From Phoronis australis (Eukaryota; Animalia; Phoronida): 64,000 bases of DNA. The notes below the pieces were generated by a model. It saw only the letters and a program-made list of their open reading frames with translations, did not search any database and was not told the origin of the DNA. The translations under genes were made by a program, and so were the position numbers. Of this stretch, positions 1 through 13,969 are shown in pieces (position 1 is the first letter of the stretch; each line of letters starts with the position of its first letter). The stretch spans positions 874,357-938,356 of the forward strand of contig NMRA01000006.1 of assembly GCA_002633005.1 (NCBI GenBank), written 5' to 3'.

Positions 1-66
1 TGGAAAATACCATTTCACACAATGGCCAATGTTGAATGTTTTCATTCAATTTTGTGATGGTCACAG

Positions 67-412
67 AAATTGTGTAGTGAAATAAGGCAAGGTAAGGTAA
101 TGTTTCTTTGGTTGAACTCTGATCAGATTGGATATTGTAGGTGATATTGTAGACCTAATAAATGACTATTCTTAGTTTGGTTGGCCTTTTCTAAGCCTAA
201 ATATAACTTCATCAAACAGGGTTTAACTAAACGTATTTTTAGTATTTCTTCATTTTGCAGAAGTGGAGCACCTTGTTGAAGAATTGGATGATGAGACAAG
301 AGCATACAACTTCTGGACTCATCAAGTTCATATCTTCTTTGTGAAGAAACTATTCCCAGCTGCCGAGAAGCATGCCCTGTTGACTAGGCGACTCATGACC
401 AAGGACAGTTGA
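67..412 (+). CDS. Possible last two exons (67-91 and 261-412) of an unidentified plus-strand gene entering from the left
   Basis: tcacag acceptor at 66, CAAG|gtaagg donor at 91 and strong tttcttcattttgcag acceptor at 260. The phases join to give KLCSEIRQEVEHLVEELDDETRAYNFWTHQVHIFFVKKLFPAAEKHALLTRRLMTKDS*, with AATAAA near 923. No family recognised. Confidence 0.3.
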
Positions 413-984
413 TCTGCTTATCATTCAGCCGTGGTGGATTTGGTGTGCTCTTGAGCTGCAGCTGCACTGCAAACTTGTAGTTGTAACTGTTGGAAACAAA
501 ATTCAGCTGTGATATTGTAATATTCAATGTCTCACATTCCTGAAGAACATTATGCAAATTTAAAAAATGCAAAACGTCATCTGCATTTCATATGTATCAA
601 ATACCTACGTGTATTTTTGTAAATTTATATTTTGTAAGATAGATTTCTGTTTTCAAAGAGAGTACAGGTATGTGCATCTGAGTGCATTATTGTATAATAC
701 TTGCAAATTTTATTTAATGAAAAAGGCAACTTGACGAGTCAATATCAGATGTTTCGTTACTTAACTTATACATTTTTTAATTTGTGGACATTGATAGCCA
801 TTTTTATTTTGTCATTTTCACATGCTACTATTTACTGACTGTCCGGTTTGACTACTGCATGTACATGCTTTGGAAATTAACAAATTGATTGTGTGCAGAT
901 GTATCTTATCGTCAGACAACAAAATAAAATGGTAAAAGAAATTGAAAGAAGTGTTAAGAACGTGTTTCATCATGGCTTCTGACC

Positions 985-1180
985 AGCACATGTCTGGGTG
1001 AGAGTTCAGAAGTATGTATGGGTCATGACCTGCACATATCAGAAGTACGTAAGGGTTATGACCTGCACATGTCTGGGTGGGAGTTCAGAAGTATGAAAGG
1101 GTCATGACCTGCACATATCAGAAGTACGTAAGGGTTAGGACCTGCACATGTCAGAAGTATGTAAGGGTCATGACCTGCAG
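985..1180. repeat. ~30-bp minisatellite (tcagaagtaYgtaagggtcatgacctgcacat)
   Basis: About five imperfect tandem units seen directly; explains the repetitive ORF 1077-1316. Confidence 0.85.
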
Positions 1181-2485
1181 GTGTTCCAACCCCAGTTTTG
1201 ATAAAAACTACATATCCACAAGTTACATAAGAAAATCTGAATGTGAGAAAGCAAATATACTCATAAAAATGAAGAGAGAAGAAGAAATATTAATTGAAAA
1301 CAGGGTGATCGAATGAAAAAATAAAATCGAAAAGACATGAATGATGAGGGGAAATCAATATATTCAGTCAATAAATTTATGCATCCCTACCGAAATATAT
1401 TAAACAGGCAAATCTGCTATTCTTAAACATTTTCCCGACTGTGTTCCATCTCTATAACCTGTCCAATGATTTTTTATGTAGTCGACATTGCCGCTCAAAA
1501 TGTGCCGTGATTTGTCCTAAGAGCTCCGATGTCTGGCCTCTTATTGGACGTTCTAATGTTGTTACCAGTCGCCGGGGTATGTAGGTCTTTCCCTATCAAC
1601 CGTGGCGGGACATTCGTATTTTAAATAAGTTATTGATTCCGAGTTCGAGCACTGAGAACCAATGACGCATCTCAACTTCGCTCAGTTTTCTGGTGCACGG
1701 AGACATGCAGCATCACCCTGTGTTTGAGCCCAGCCCACTTCAAGTTCATCGCTTCTCGTGTTTACCACTAAACATTTCGGGGTTCTCCCTCCTGGGCACC
1801 TATTTCAGTCCTTATTATTATACTTGTTGTTGGTTAACCTCCTAGTCTAGCCATAATTATTCTTTCCATGTTGGCATTTTTACCACGGGTTACGTTGTTT
1901 TTATCAAAAAAATAAAAACCCATTTAAATAGGAAAACGAGACCAGAGAAAGGAATTGCGAGCGTTCTGTTTTGGGCGCTAGAAAATCTCAAATAACTCGA
2001 AAACGTCACGTAGCAGCGAGAAACGGATGTAAAACGTCAATGACGTTTTTTGTTCAGATTGTGTAAGCTGGATGTTGATTAATAATCATCCGTGCATGCT
2101 TCGGGGAATGGAAACACAAGGCCACCTGATGTCACCAACTCGTGATGCTAATACCGTCAGTATATAAACTGATTGGTTAAAGATTCCACGCATCTTTCTG
2201 AATTGAAAAACCAAAATGGGTGAGTAGAGCTCGAAAAGCACGTGTGATGGTTTTCGTTATTTTAATTTTCAAAGTGTTATAGGACTTAGTAAAATGACGA
2301 TTTCAAATGAATTAAAATCGTGCCAAAACACTTTATAATTTTCAACTCGCTCGTGTATACGACAAGACTTCAAACGCAAAACTGTCTAACATTTATGAGC
2401 TAAAATCATGTCGGTTGTCGGAACACCTATATACACAGACAGTGACCACTATCTATAGCTGGCCTTAGAGACGATGAAGCTCCTC

Positions 2486-2821
2486 ATAGTATGATGGGCC
2501 GTTGGGGGGAAAGTGTCGCCGGAAAAGCACGAGCGTAACTGTGTACATTACGCCGTTATTTACGCCGTTAATTATGCCGTAATATTACGAGCGTAATTTA
2601 CGGCGACATTTCCCCCATTTAATTTACGGGCGTAATTTTACTGCAACACTTTTGCAATTTAACTTACCCTCGTAATTACGAGCGTAATTTTACGGCGAAA
2701 CTTTTTCCCGTTTAATTTATGAGCGTAATTGTACGGCGACACTCCTGCAATTCAATTTACGCTCGTAATTTCGAGCGTAATTTTACGGCGACACTTTCCC
2801 CTCAGCGGCCCACCATACTAT
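2486..2821. mobile_element. MITE-like element with ~35-bp TIRs and an internal ttacgagcgtaatt repeat array
   Basis: Left atagtatgatgggccgttggggggaaagtgtcgccg matches the reverse complement of right cggcgacactttcccctcagcggcccaccatactat. The interior is built of short acgagcgtaatt(t)tacggcg repeats. Confidence 0.75.
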
Positions 2822-4949
2822 AGGGCCTTCATACGCCGGACGCCTTTCGGCGGATTATGCCTCATACTGATTGAAACATGAAAGTCACGTTGTTGTATGT
2901 ATATTTTGCGCATAGAGAAACACCTTAGGAGGCCGTCGATGTCTTTAATTCCTTACAACTCGAACAAACATTCCCGCAATCAAACTTTTTTTAGAGCAGC
3001 CCTTCGTTCAGTTGCCCAAATCGTCAAAAGGCTATTTATAACACTGCCAGCGCTCCAGGCGCGCGTGGTAAAATAGGAGCGCGCTGATACGCCGTAAAAT
3101 GTAGCAATTTCGTAAAATGTTGATACACTTAACGCCTTCTTTTTCGGATTGAGTTAATGAAACTCTATCAAATGTGCCAGGTCGAATTTATAGATGTGTC
3201 CCTATGTACTTTCCATGTTTTTTTCTAACATGAGTAGTTTTATGGTATAGTCAAAAATATACAGCTTAGTTTCAACTCGACACGAAAGGAGTTTCCAGAA
3301 TCAGGTAACAAGTTTTTTACCGTTAAAGCTTTCTTGCAATCTTTTGTTGGCGCTCAGTGTGTATCCGACATTACAGTAAACACACTTCCCTTGGTAAGAA
3401 CAACAACGACATCGTATTTGGCTAATATTTATCGAATTTCTTCGGGAACGAACGACAATAACAAAAATTTTCATGGAGAACTCAATTTCGGAAGCCAATT
3501 TGATAGAAAAAAACACACCAGTTTTAGTCCAAGATAGCTTGGTTTATTTCGGCAAGTGCTTTATAGCCTTGGAGTCATGGCTAATGCAGTAATTGCCCGG
3601 CCTGTTTCACACAAAAGGGGCAAAACCAAAGTTTGTGATGCCGACAGGTGCTGTCTACCACCTTAGTTACGAATGATAATTTCTTAAAGACATTGTGGTG
3701 GAAGGAAACAAAAGCACGCATTTATTTGCTGGCAGGTTGACAGAATTTGCCAAAGAAACAGCAAAATATCGCCTTTGAGAAGGGTGAGCCATTAGCTTAA
3801 AAAAGTGGTGGCATAGTAACGAAAGAAATATCATTGTTCCTATGATGTGAAGCTTGTCTGAAATACTGGTGGTAACAGCAGATCAAACCGTGACGTGTAT
3901 ACGTAAAAAGGGATGGCTAGCTGGGGAAACAGAAAATATTTTGCACTCTGAAGGAACATGATCATTTTGCTCAAACCTAAGTCGATAGTTTAAAAGGGCA
4001 ATAGTCCAAAAAAGCTGCCTGTCGGTTTTTCGGACTATAAAAACATGCACTTTCTCTTTCCATTATCTTTTAAGATAAAATGTGAATTAAAATTGCTATT
4101 TGGTCAACGGTCGTTAGTTCGAAGTACCAATAAATAAGGATAAAGATTGTATCATTAATTGACATGAAGTCACGTGTCTCATGAGGCGCCACTTTTTGTG
4201 TTGCAGATTGCAGATAAGGGAATTTGTTATATTAATTCTTTTGATGCTTTGCATTAAATCCGCATATTAAACATTGATGACTGCGACGTTGGCCATCTTT
4301 ATTCCATGCAATCCAATTTCAGTGAAACCTAGTTCAAATCATTCTGTTAAATCACTGTCTTTTTCTAAGAATACTGGGGCCCATTCCACGTAAAATTGTT
4401 AGTGTTTTGTATATCCGTTACCAGCTATTCTAATGACCCGGTGACTGCAGCCGACTAGTCATTAGTTCTCGGAAAAAGTTTGCCTCCAGAGTTCAACTTA
4501 ACGCAATTTTCGAACATACACATCACCGTGAAACGATCCCCAGTTCTTTGACAAGGAATGTCTTCAACATGTCAGAGACAATATTGCGGGTCTGAATTCA
4601 GTTCTTCGTGGCAAACTACAGATGGATATAGTTATATTTACAAATAATACAGTGCTTGCCGATAGTTCAAAAATAATCAACTTTTGAAGTTGGTGCACGC
4701 CTAAACAAAATTTTAAATCTCAGCCTCCTCGTTTCCAAAAAGTAGGCCAACTCTGCATCCACAGCTGTCAAGACGTTCCTCACAATATCGTTAAAGCTGA
4801 ACATAGGAGCCCCTTTAAAATCCTTTTGGAACAGCACTCGCCGTCCACTATGGAAAGCCCGATGACACATTGAACCACCAATGAGATGATTTTAAAATCT
4901 TTGAGGACCATGATGTATTAGCACTTTGTTAAACATGTATTGTGTCCTC

Positions 4950-4964
4950 AATAAATAAATCAAA

Positions 4965-4996
<32 letters not shown>

Positions 4997-5090
4997 CGAT
5001 AACGGAAACAATATCGAGTACTACTAGTGATAGTAGTAATAGTATTAATAGTAGTAACAGAGAGATAGTAATGTAATACTAATAAAAATG
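4950..5090 (+). repeat. AATAAA followed by an (AAT)n/(AGT)n low-complexity tract, possibly a LINE 3' tail
   Basis: caataaataaatcaaaaataataataataat... seen directly; the LINE interpretation is inference. Confidence 0.5.
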
Positions 5091-6201
5091 ATAATACGTA
5101 GCCAAATTCATGTCGTGTCAGCCCGTGTTATTCCTATAAAAGATGTATACGAAAAGTGCAGCCCAAAAGGGTGTTTCTTCACAGAAAAAATACTCTCCAA
5201 AATGGCGCCATTTTCGACAAAACTATACCTAAAAGGTGGCTTTCCTGAATTTCTGAAACAGAAGTGTGCGAAAATGCAAATTTTTACACAAATTAGTCTC
5301 TAAATGTCTCACTTTTTTGTTCGAGCCCACTCTCTAAACGGGTAGGAATTCAAAATTTTCTGGTGGCACTCCTCGTCTAAAAATACTCCAGTACCTCCCG
5401 GCCGTGTCAGATACCACTTGTTCGGGATTTTGGTTATTTTCTTTACAATATGACGTGGGTTTCGTAAAATGTAACAATGGTACATTTTTCGCACGTGCGT
5501 TCGACGTGAACTGTAATAACTTGTTACATTTTAGGTGAGGCTCTCTCTCTCTCAATTTTTTGTTTTGCTTGTATCACAAAATCTGAGTCTTTAAGAAGGC
5601 TATTATTAAATCATTCAAATCCCCTTGTCAAACTTAAATGTGAATTGCCAACACTGTATAAGACCGATCTGATCTGTAACCTGGACACATGTCAGTTTTT
5701 TCTACACAACATGCAAGTTCTTGATTGACCAAGAAAAATTCAATCCTCTCTTTTTATTGGATTTTCTTCTTATATGTCGTGCAATTTTTTAGCTTTTGAT
5801 TAGACGTCCTCCATTAGTCGACCAAGTATAGTTATTACTCATTAGCCTCGTCACTCTATCCCTGGCATTCGCTTTATCATTTTGGGAATAACTTTAACAG
5901 TCGAGAACATAATTTTACACCAGATGTTACGAATGACAGCTGGGTCTGTATTGGATTCTGTACGTTGGGCGTGCACAGTTCACATTCTTGAACTAAGTCA
6001 TTCTTTTTGTTTGTTCAAATTACAGAACAAATGGGAACTAAACTGATGTTGGTGCTTATTTTGACTGTAATGTCAGCGACATCGCAACCTGGCTCCCTTA
6101 GAGGACGGGAAATTGACGTGCTCCTGCGTAATGTACCAACTCCAAGAGCTAACGAGCGCAGAATAACTGGTACGTCAGCAGTATGAAGTATGCAAGCAAC
6201 C

Positions 6202-6362
6202 AGCCCGGGGTTTAATCTCTTTGCTCAAATCTCGACTCAAAATTTGACCAATCGCATTTCACGTTTCTAGTAAATTTGCAAATTTGTTCTGTTGTCATGG
6301 AACATGATTGGTTATATCTTCGAGATTGAGTCTGAGTTTTGAGATTAGATACTGGACCCAGG
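6202..6362. mobile_element. Short imperfect palindromic element (MITE-like)
   Basis: ctcaaatctcgactcaaaatttgaccaatc ... gattggttatatcttcgagattgagtctgagttttgag form inverted arms. Confidence 0.45.
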
Positions 6363-9300
6363 ACACTGAAGAAAATCTGAACAAATAATTATCTTAAATA
6401 AGTGGTGCACGAATTGATTTTGTTAAAAAATCAAAGGTCACCAATAAATTCTGAACTATTTAGGCCTACACGTTTGGATGCTGTTAAAGAATGTTCTAAG
6501 TTCATATCCGTACTACATGACACAACCTTGACCAACAAGTTTGCTTTGCAGGTTTTTCTACGATTGATAAAAAAAAATTAATGCTCGTTTACACAGTGAG
6601 TTCTTGAGCGTCATTATAGTAAAATTTGGAATTTGGGGTTATGGCAGAAGTTTTGAAAGAAAAAGAGAATGTCTGGCGTTAGACATGTGAATAAATGGCC
6701 ATTAAGTTAATTATACATATGATCAGTTTCAAATTACGGAAACACTTTTGATAGGAAAATGTCTCAAAACTGATTTTGTAATTTGTTTGTTATTGCTTGG
6801 AATAAAACGAAACAAAAATATGTTACACAAAAGTACATGTATTTAATAAGTGTAAAAGGTAGTTGGCTCATTTTATCCCGACTTTAAGCTAATCAAAACA
6901 GTTTGATTCATGAAAACGTTTGATTCGACAACATCGTAAAAGTACGTTGAATAAAAAGTACACTCACTGGTGATATTTATTTTCAACTTGCAGGGACGGA
7001 TAACTCAATGGAATGTCATATCGACCACATCAGTGATGAAACCTTTCTCAAACTAGAACAACAAAATCCAGGTAAAGTACGGGGTTGCACATGTTCTCAC
7101 ATCCGTGAGGAAACTATATTTCGAATAAATTCAAACCGAATGTTACGCTGAGAAACAAGTTCGGTTGAACCGCGATAGAATCCAGTGATGTGTTAGTTGT
7201 GGTACCACGAGAAAGCTAGTCCGGGTAAAAACGCGTATGCTGAAATCTGAATCCCAGAAATTGTGGTTGCGCTTTTTCAGATTGCATCGTTCTACTGTCG
7301 ATGACTTTTGTTCACGATACTGTCCTGTATCCATACAGTATGAATAACACTGCACCGGTTAAATCGGCCAGATATGTGCTTATTGTGCATGTATGTGCTT
7401 GAAGCACGCGGCTATTAAATATTACTGCAGAAATAGTTGCTGCTACGCCACTTGCATGACAAGGCTAAAATTGTTCATAGTCCGCCATTTTTCACGTTGT
7501 TGTAAAGGTAACCATTGACTGCCAAGGTTACACCAACCAATGCTAAAGCGCGTGCTACTGCGTGATACCTGCGTGCTGGCTATATTTTAGTAAATTTTAA
7601 GATAAAACTTGAATTTGTCTCAAGACCATTTCAAGAAAGAGATCTTGAGTTTTAATTAACTTTTTGATAAAAGTGTTATCTTAATTTTATCTTACCGGAT
7701 GTGGAAGTTTCAAAGTTTGGAAGTTGAGACAAATCTTAGACTTAAGTCAAAAATGAACTTAAGTCAGTTTCTTGGAAGGGGCCCATGGTCAGCTAGTCAC
7801 GTGCTACTACCAGGGGCGAATAGAACATATCAACAATTAAACACGTCACTGGAATGTAATCTTCTCACGGCAAGACGATAGATTTACCTCTGAGTTGGGA
7901 TCAGAAGATAAGATGGTAGATTAAACTTAGAAAGGTGATTTTTCAGATAATAGACCAAACGTCAAATCTTTGCAAGACACAATGACACTTCGGCGCTCAG
8001 TTCTTTTCTTATATACGTCTTGTTTAGTTCGTTTATAAACCCAAGAAGTAAGCTTTTGATTGAGACCACTTACCGTTACTAAGTGACTTTTTGATATTGC
8101 AAAAAGATGACGTTAAACGCTTACACCGTGCTTAGCGTATCAATAAAATGCTACTCCGTGACAAATCAACTTGTAGAGACTAATCTCACGTAATAAGACC
8201 TGCCAGTTCTTTTGAAGCCTTCAAGTCTTCTCCAGTTTGACTAAGGAAATTTTTATATTAATTTCAAAACAGTATGTGGTCTCAAAAAAAATTCGTCTTT
8301 TTGGTGAAAGGCGGGTTTACAGCCGCTTTAAGGAACATAGTTTTTGTTTGACATAAACCCTGGCTTGTGGCTAGTTGAAAACTTGAAGTGATAAAACTTG
8401 TATTACTTCTTTTCAGTGCACCAACATTCAAACATTCTGCCCAGATATAATGCTTTCTTGCGCTTTTTGGACTAATTCCTATTATTGTACATTATATTTT
8501 TCGAAATAAACATAAAAAAACCAATAGACATTCAAATATTTTCGGATTAGATAGAAATTAACACTTTAATGTTTACCCAAGTTTTCACTGAGATCCAATG
8601 TTATACCATTGTTGATTCTTGATTGATGACCTGCACCTTGATTGTTCCAGTTTCCACCATGAATCTGAGAATAATTGATTATTGGTTTGAAAGTATTTAA
8701 TTTACATTGTTATAGATCCGTCGGACATTGAAGAAATTCTTCGAATATTAGGTCAACCCTGCACACCTATCTCTAAGTCGGTAAGTTGAAACGAATGTGG
8801 TCCATTCATGACGTAATCGTGCATGGTACTGTATTCGCTTGTTTTGCATGACGTCATTCTGACGTTTTGAATCAGTCAGATGATTAAAAATAATGCTAAA
8901 CATAAAAGCAATAATAATACCTAGGCCAGAATAATACATCGCTGTAAATTACTTAGGATTTGGAAAATTATTACCTGTTTATGGGCCTTGTCATTCTTGC
9001 TCCGTCTCAAACCGGAGCATACAATGGGATCGAACCGTTGTCGGAGCACACCGACTAATCCAAATTTCTAATTTTAAAAAAGCCAAGTGCTAAATTGCAC
9101 TTGTGGTTACCTCAATCGGAAAAATTCAAAATCTGCAAAATTTTTGAAAATTTTATGTGGCTATATGCCCTTCTTTTCCTATTTGTTGTGGGCCCAAATT
9201 TTGTCATAATGAGGGAGATACGTCATCACTAAACAACGGAACCGAACCAAACCATATCCAGCTTGCAGCAGTTCAACCCTTCGTAAACTCTGAATTTCCC

Positions 9301-9855
9301 TTTTCAGTATTCACTATTACCGTGGCTGCAACCCGTATTGGTTGTTTAGTGTGAGTTTGGTGAGATAGTCTTTGGGAAATATCGCTACGCAAAGCGAGCG
9401 TGATTACTGGTATCTTTCACTGGAGAGTGTCTTGCATTGCGGAGAAGGCCCACGGACGAGCGCTCTGTAGCCTACCAAGCTCGCAAAGTCACGCAAGTAA
9501 AAAGCGAGCTTACCGACCCATCCTAGCATATTGTAGTGTTGAATTGTGGGACTTAATTCTCATTTCCGCTCCATCAGCGAAGATTTTTCGATGCTAATGT
9601 AAGAATATGTCTTGCCATCTATGGAACTCAACCCTGGCCTAACCCATATGTAGCCGGTCTGTAAAATTGTCGTGGAAAGCAATTTGGCCTCATTTTGCAT
9701 TTTCGCAATGTCCGCTGAAGCAAAATATAATCCATGCGCTATTAACCATGAAATGGCATGGGGCTTCGCAGCACTGAAAAAAGTGGGGGGGGGGGGGGCT
9801 TACCCGGGGCTATAGCCCCCAGCCCCCTATGTTGCGCCGCCCATGTAATGAAAGG

Positions 9856-10737
9856 ATTTATATGGAAGCGTAGACGTGCCACATCGCCCCCGTGCAAATA
9901 CCCCCTTCTATGAAGCATTTCCCTTTCACTCCTAAGAATTCCTCTTCCCCATTACAAAACTGCCCATAAGGAACTCCCCTCCCATGAAAGTAACTTCCCC
10001 TCCCAAGAAAGCAATTTCTCTGCGAAAGCCTCCCCTCTATGCGTTTAATACCAAAATACACCTCCCCCACAAACTGACACGCTCACTGGCGCCACATTGG
10101 TCCGAACATATTCCCCCTCGCGGTCAATGTGCGTTAGCCTCAGAATAAACTCATCCTCACTACCCTCGGGCAAAAGCACAAGTACCCCGCGTGGCATCGT
10201 ATGGCTTTTTATGTTCCCTTGAAATGGAGATACATAAAATGCTTAGTACTTTCGGTTCGTGCAGATGCAGTTTGGAGTCACCTGATTTTCTGGATAACCA
10301 GTGGTTGTTTCTGTCTTTGATTCATGCGCGCACCCGATGGGGGGGGGGCTCGGGGGCTCAAACGAGCCCCCATTTGGCGAAGTGGTTAAAAAGGTCCGCC
10401 TCGGAGAAACAAAACGTCCGGGAAAACAAAACAAAAGTCCACTAAAAATGCGTTAACGCACAATTCACAGGTCCTAACGTGGTACCTTGTGTTTTTTTAG
10501 TCCTCCCGCTTTTTGTTAGTAAAAGGTACACATCGTCAGAAATTGGAGCCCCCCATATTGAAGGCTGAGTGGAGTATGTGTGGACCTGTGTGAGGCGGGT
10601 GAACGACAGTGTGAGAGCGTGAATGGGGTGACTGCTTTCTTGGGAGGAGAGTGCTTTCTTGAGAGTGGGGGTGCTTTCAGGGGAAGAAGTGTTTGCACGG
10701 AGTGGGTGATGTGGCAGTTATACCCTTCCATAGATTT
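9856..10737. mobile_element. Non-autonomous element with ~60-bp imperfect TIRs, C-rich left arm and G-rich right arm, carrying a nested MITE
   Basis: tatggaagcgtagacgtgccacatcgcccccgtgcaaa (left) matches the reverse complement of tttgcacggagtgggtgatgtggcagttatacccttccata (right). Confidence 0.6.
10323..10571 (+). mobile_element. MITE family copy with CATGCGCGCACCC TIR; other copies at ~42970-43179 and ~45446-45653
   Basis: Shared core acgagcccccatttggcgaagtgg..aaaaaggtccg.ctcggagaaacaaaa. The left TIR catgcgcgcaccc is here and the matching right TIR gggtgcgcgcatg is at 43167-43179. Confidence 0.75.
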
Positions 10738-11609
10738 GCTGACAGCGGAGCTCGTGATCACAGTGTCTCACGCCGAGTTGTATTGCAAAACATGTGTGGT
10801 GTAGTGGCCGGGGGCCTAGAAGCACGTACACGCAGTATAACGCCTGTTTTCATTTTTTTACGTAGCACATAGTTGTAGTGGAACGTCGACGCATGTCGAC
10901 GCAATACGTTACCTTTTTCTTTTTCATCTTGACAAGATGGATAAAGCTGACAAAGCAAGTTTACTGGGCATTTCGTTATCGTTACACCCATGTTGACAAA
11001 ACGAGTGTCTGTGCGTCTTGTACTTAAGTGAGTAAAGTGAGTAGAGAACATAAATTTTAATCTGTTGGAGAATACGTCCGTCAGCCAAACTAACGGTGTC
11101 GCGTGTGTTCCAAAATCCTGCACATTATGACTTTGAACATTTTAAAACTAATACACGTACATTTACGGACACGACGCGACTGAAGTAATGAGTGTATAGT
11201 TAAGAAACGAAATTTGTGGCCAATCAATGACCTTCGATTTCCTCACGTGACCCATGCTCCGCCTTACTCGCAGACTCCCCTTTGCACTACCGGCGCGTAA
11301 TTTTAGGATTTCAGGCACAATGGCCCACAACACATTGCCGTCCACTGACAGACTTACCCTAGAACAAGTTACTTCTGGAACGAGTTGTGGCTAGGTTTAA
11401 GGGCTGTTTGAACGCTATTTAAAGTGGTGCAACTTTCCCCACTGGAGCTGAATGCCACCCGATTTAACTAGTCTTTTTTACCGTCTTAATCTGTCTATAT
11501 CCAAATCGCCTCTTATACCGTCGGCCTCACCTTGCCGAGAGGTGCCGCGTTAACCTGTGAGGAAGGTGAGAAACGACGCTGAGACGTCAGTGGTTCATTT
11601 GCAAAGTGA

Positions 11610-11850
11610 ATGCCGCTATATTGCGGTGCATCGATCCCGCTTGTCCGAACTACGAAGCTGCGAAGAAAGCGGGTATATCGTTTTTCGACATCCTCAAGAG
11701 CCCGAAATGCTTAGGAAGTGGCACGCGGTAGTGAAGAATGAAAATATGCTGTAAATAGCAAGTATGAGGCCGTGAAACATCTCCGTGTCTGTTGCCGGCA
11801 CTTCGTCGACAGTAATTTCTCTGACGAATTCCGGCTTACCAAAGAACTAT
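11610..11850 (+). pseudogene. Frameshifted THAP (C2CH) zinc-finger coding relic
   Basis: Joining frames gives MPLYCGA/DPACPNYEAAKKAGISF/FRHPQEPEMLRKWHAVVKNENML*/..KHLRVCCRHFVDSNF. This matches the THAP pattern C-x2-4-C...F.P...W...C-x2-H-F, with frameshifts and a stop. Confidence 0.75.
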
Positions 11851-13309
11851 CCATACGTTCTGTTGCCTGTGCATGTTCACGGCACCTCTCTTATTTCTTG
11901 ATCCGTGTATTCCGGTTAAAACTGATAGCCTGTGAAACCTAACGATCCAAACCCGTGAAGTCTTAGTCGGATGAGCTCTCGACTAAGTCGGGATTGGCGG
12001 CGGGACAGTTGCCATGTAGACGTTTAGTACTCTGCGTTCTGTTCTGTTTCAAAATGAATTATTCTCACCCTAACCAATGCTTATATAAAACTGAAACAAA
12101 GCCTGTCTCAATACAATTTGTAATGCCTTTGGAGTATTCGAGAGTATAAATGTTTTGAGAAGCCAGCAATAAACCACTGCGTTACCGGCTTTAGATGCAA
12201 TAAAGGTAATTGACTGGGCACCGAGGCCGTGGGAGCGCATGCTAATTTAGTGTTAGTGTTGACCGAAAGCTGCTTGTAAAACAATAACTCGATTTTATAT
12301 GCTATAGTCGCATGTTAAAGGAATCTTCATTTAGATGTACAAATACGTTATTCAAATCATTGTTACTGTACAACCTGTCCCTCACGGTTCTTTGGAAGGG
12401 GAACGTGACTTCGCGGCCCCCGACAACTGGTAAGTAGATTTTCAGTTACGTGGCTAATTCACCTAATAATTACGTGCACATTATTTCTTTGGCTCACTAT
12501 TATAGTCTTTTCGTGTCTAGAGGTCTAGTTTCCAACTTAAGCTGGTTTATGTCCGTGATGTCCAGTCCCGGCGGCCGCGACGGGCCTGATCGGGTTCCGA
12601 GCCACTCCGGCGCGAAGTAGCAAGCGTTTTGTGTGTTTAGAACTGAAAAAATCGGAAGTCTAGAAGTACAACACACAGCTATATACCCCCGTCTGCATTT
12701 CCCTGAAGAATGATTCGAATTTATCAATTTATCACCAAACAGACCCAAACTCCCGCGATGGACCATGGTAAATTGGCCTGCTGAACTCTGTAGGTTACGG
12801 TACGTTCAAATACCTATAAATCCGTAACAGTGAAATAAAACAACACGTTTGCTCAAGAAATTGATGTATTTGTAAGGGGTTTACATCGAATTTTGATGAT
12901 TTTTTTGGTGTAAAACGATGAATTCAAGCGATAAGTTGACACAAGTAAGCGTGTTGCGAACGGCTGAACTAGTGACTGCGTTCGAACCGACTACGTCATT
13001 GGTTAATTTCAACACTTTCCTCTGCCGTTTAGTGTCAGGTAAAACAACTGAACTTGTTGTTATCGAGTTAATCTACTTGATCTAAATTGATACAAAATAG
13101 GTTGTTTTTTGGGTGGCATTCTTCTTCAATTGTGGTTCCACCTTATCGAGGTGGGTAACTTGTTCTGGGATTGCGCCACTTAATTAATTCCTGCGTAGTC
13201 GCAAACCCGGGGCAAGGCGGAAGTAATTATCTGCCGTGGTCACATATACAGCCGGGTCTTCTTTTCATTGTCATGTACAGAGCGACAAATTCAGCCTTAC
13301 CCTAGTTAT

Positions 13310-13969
13310 GGAGGCACAGAACAGTTCTCACTGGGTTTTGCCTAGCAAAACACACATCACTTGATTTGTAACCTTTTCTTCACTCTGTCAAAAACAGGAT
13401 GCAAAGAATGGCATGTTTTCAATTATTTCACATAAAAAGCCCAGCAGATGAGCACAGAAACTTTATTCTTTCTTGTATTTTTGACCATTTCATTCCCACT
13501 GAAAACCAAGCTAGACTAAGAAAAATAAGGGCAAAAAAATGCAAAATCGGCACTTTTCACCCGAAAAACACTACTTCCCTGCCGACGCACGACTAAAACC
13601 AACATTAGAGTCTGAAAGCAAATTTCCTACCGATTCCGAAAATGTGGTCCAAAAGTACTGTCAACCAACTAGTTTTTTGGCAATTCTTGCTTGTTTGAGG
13701 GTTACCTAAAATCACAGCCAATTTCTCGGTCGCTACCCAACAATGCACAATTGCAGCCGGGGGCCGCCATCTTGAAGAAGAGTGCAGCTACAGCCAAGAA
13801 AGTGGCCTTTTTTATTCACAGCATGTTCACAAATACAAACAAACCACATTCACTGAGCCTACGTGCAATGCCCACCTACAAAATGCCCCCAAACTTGGCC
13901 TACCCCAAAATTTCTATATTTTGGCACTGCAAATTGGCCGCGGCCGCAGCCTAACTATTCAGTGCCACC
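13310..13969. mobile_element. 660-bp non-autonomous TIR element (GG...CC termini); second copy inverted at 51833-52494
   Basis: TIR ggaggcacagaacagtt ... aactattcagtgccacc. Co-linear with the reverse complement of 51833-52494 (ORFs 13691+ and 51923- translate to near-identical peptides). Confidence 0.85.

Noticed and set aside
3301-4870. Possible decayed coding sequence
   Set aside because: Short ORFs only; no transposase or RT motif identifiable by eye.
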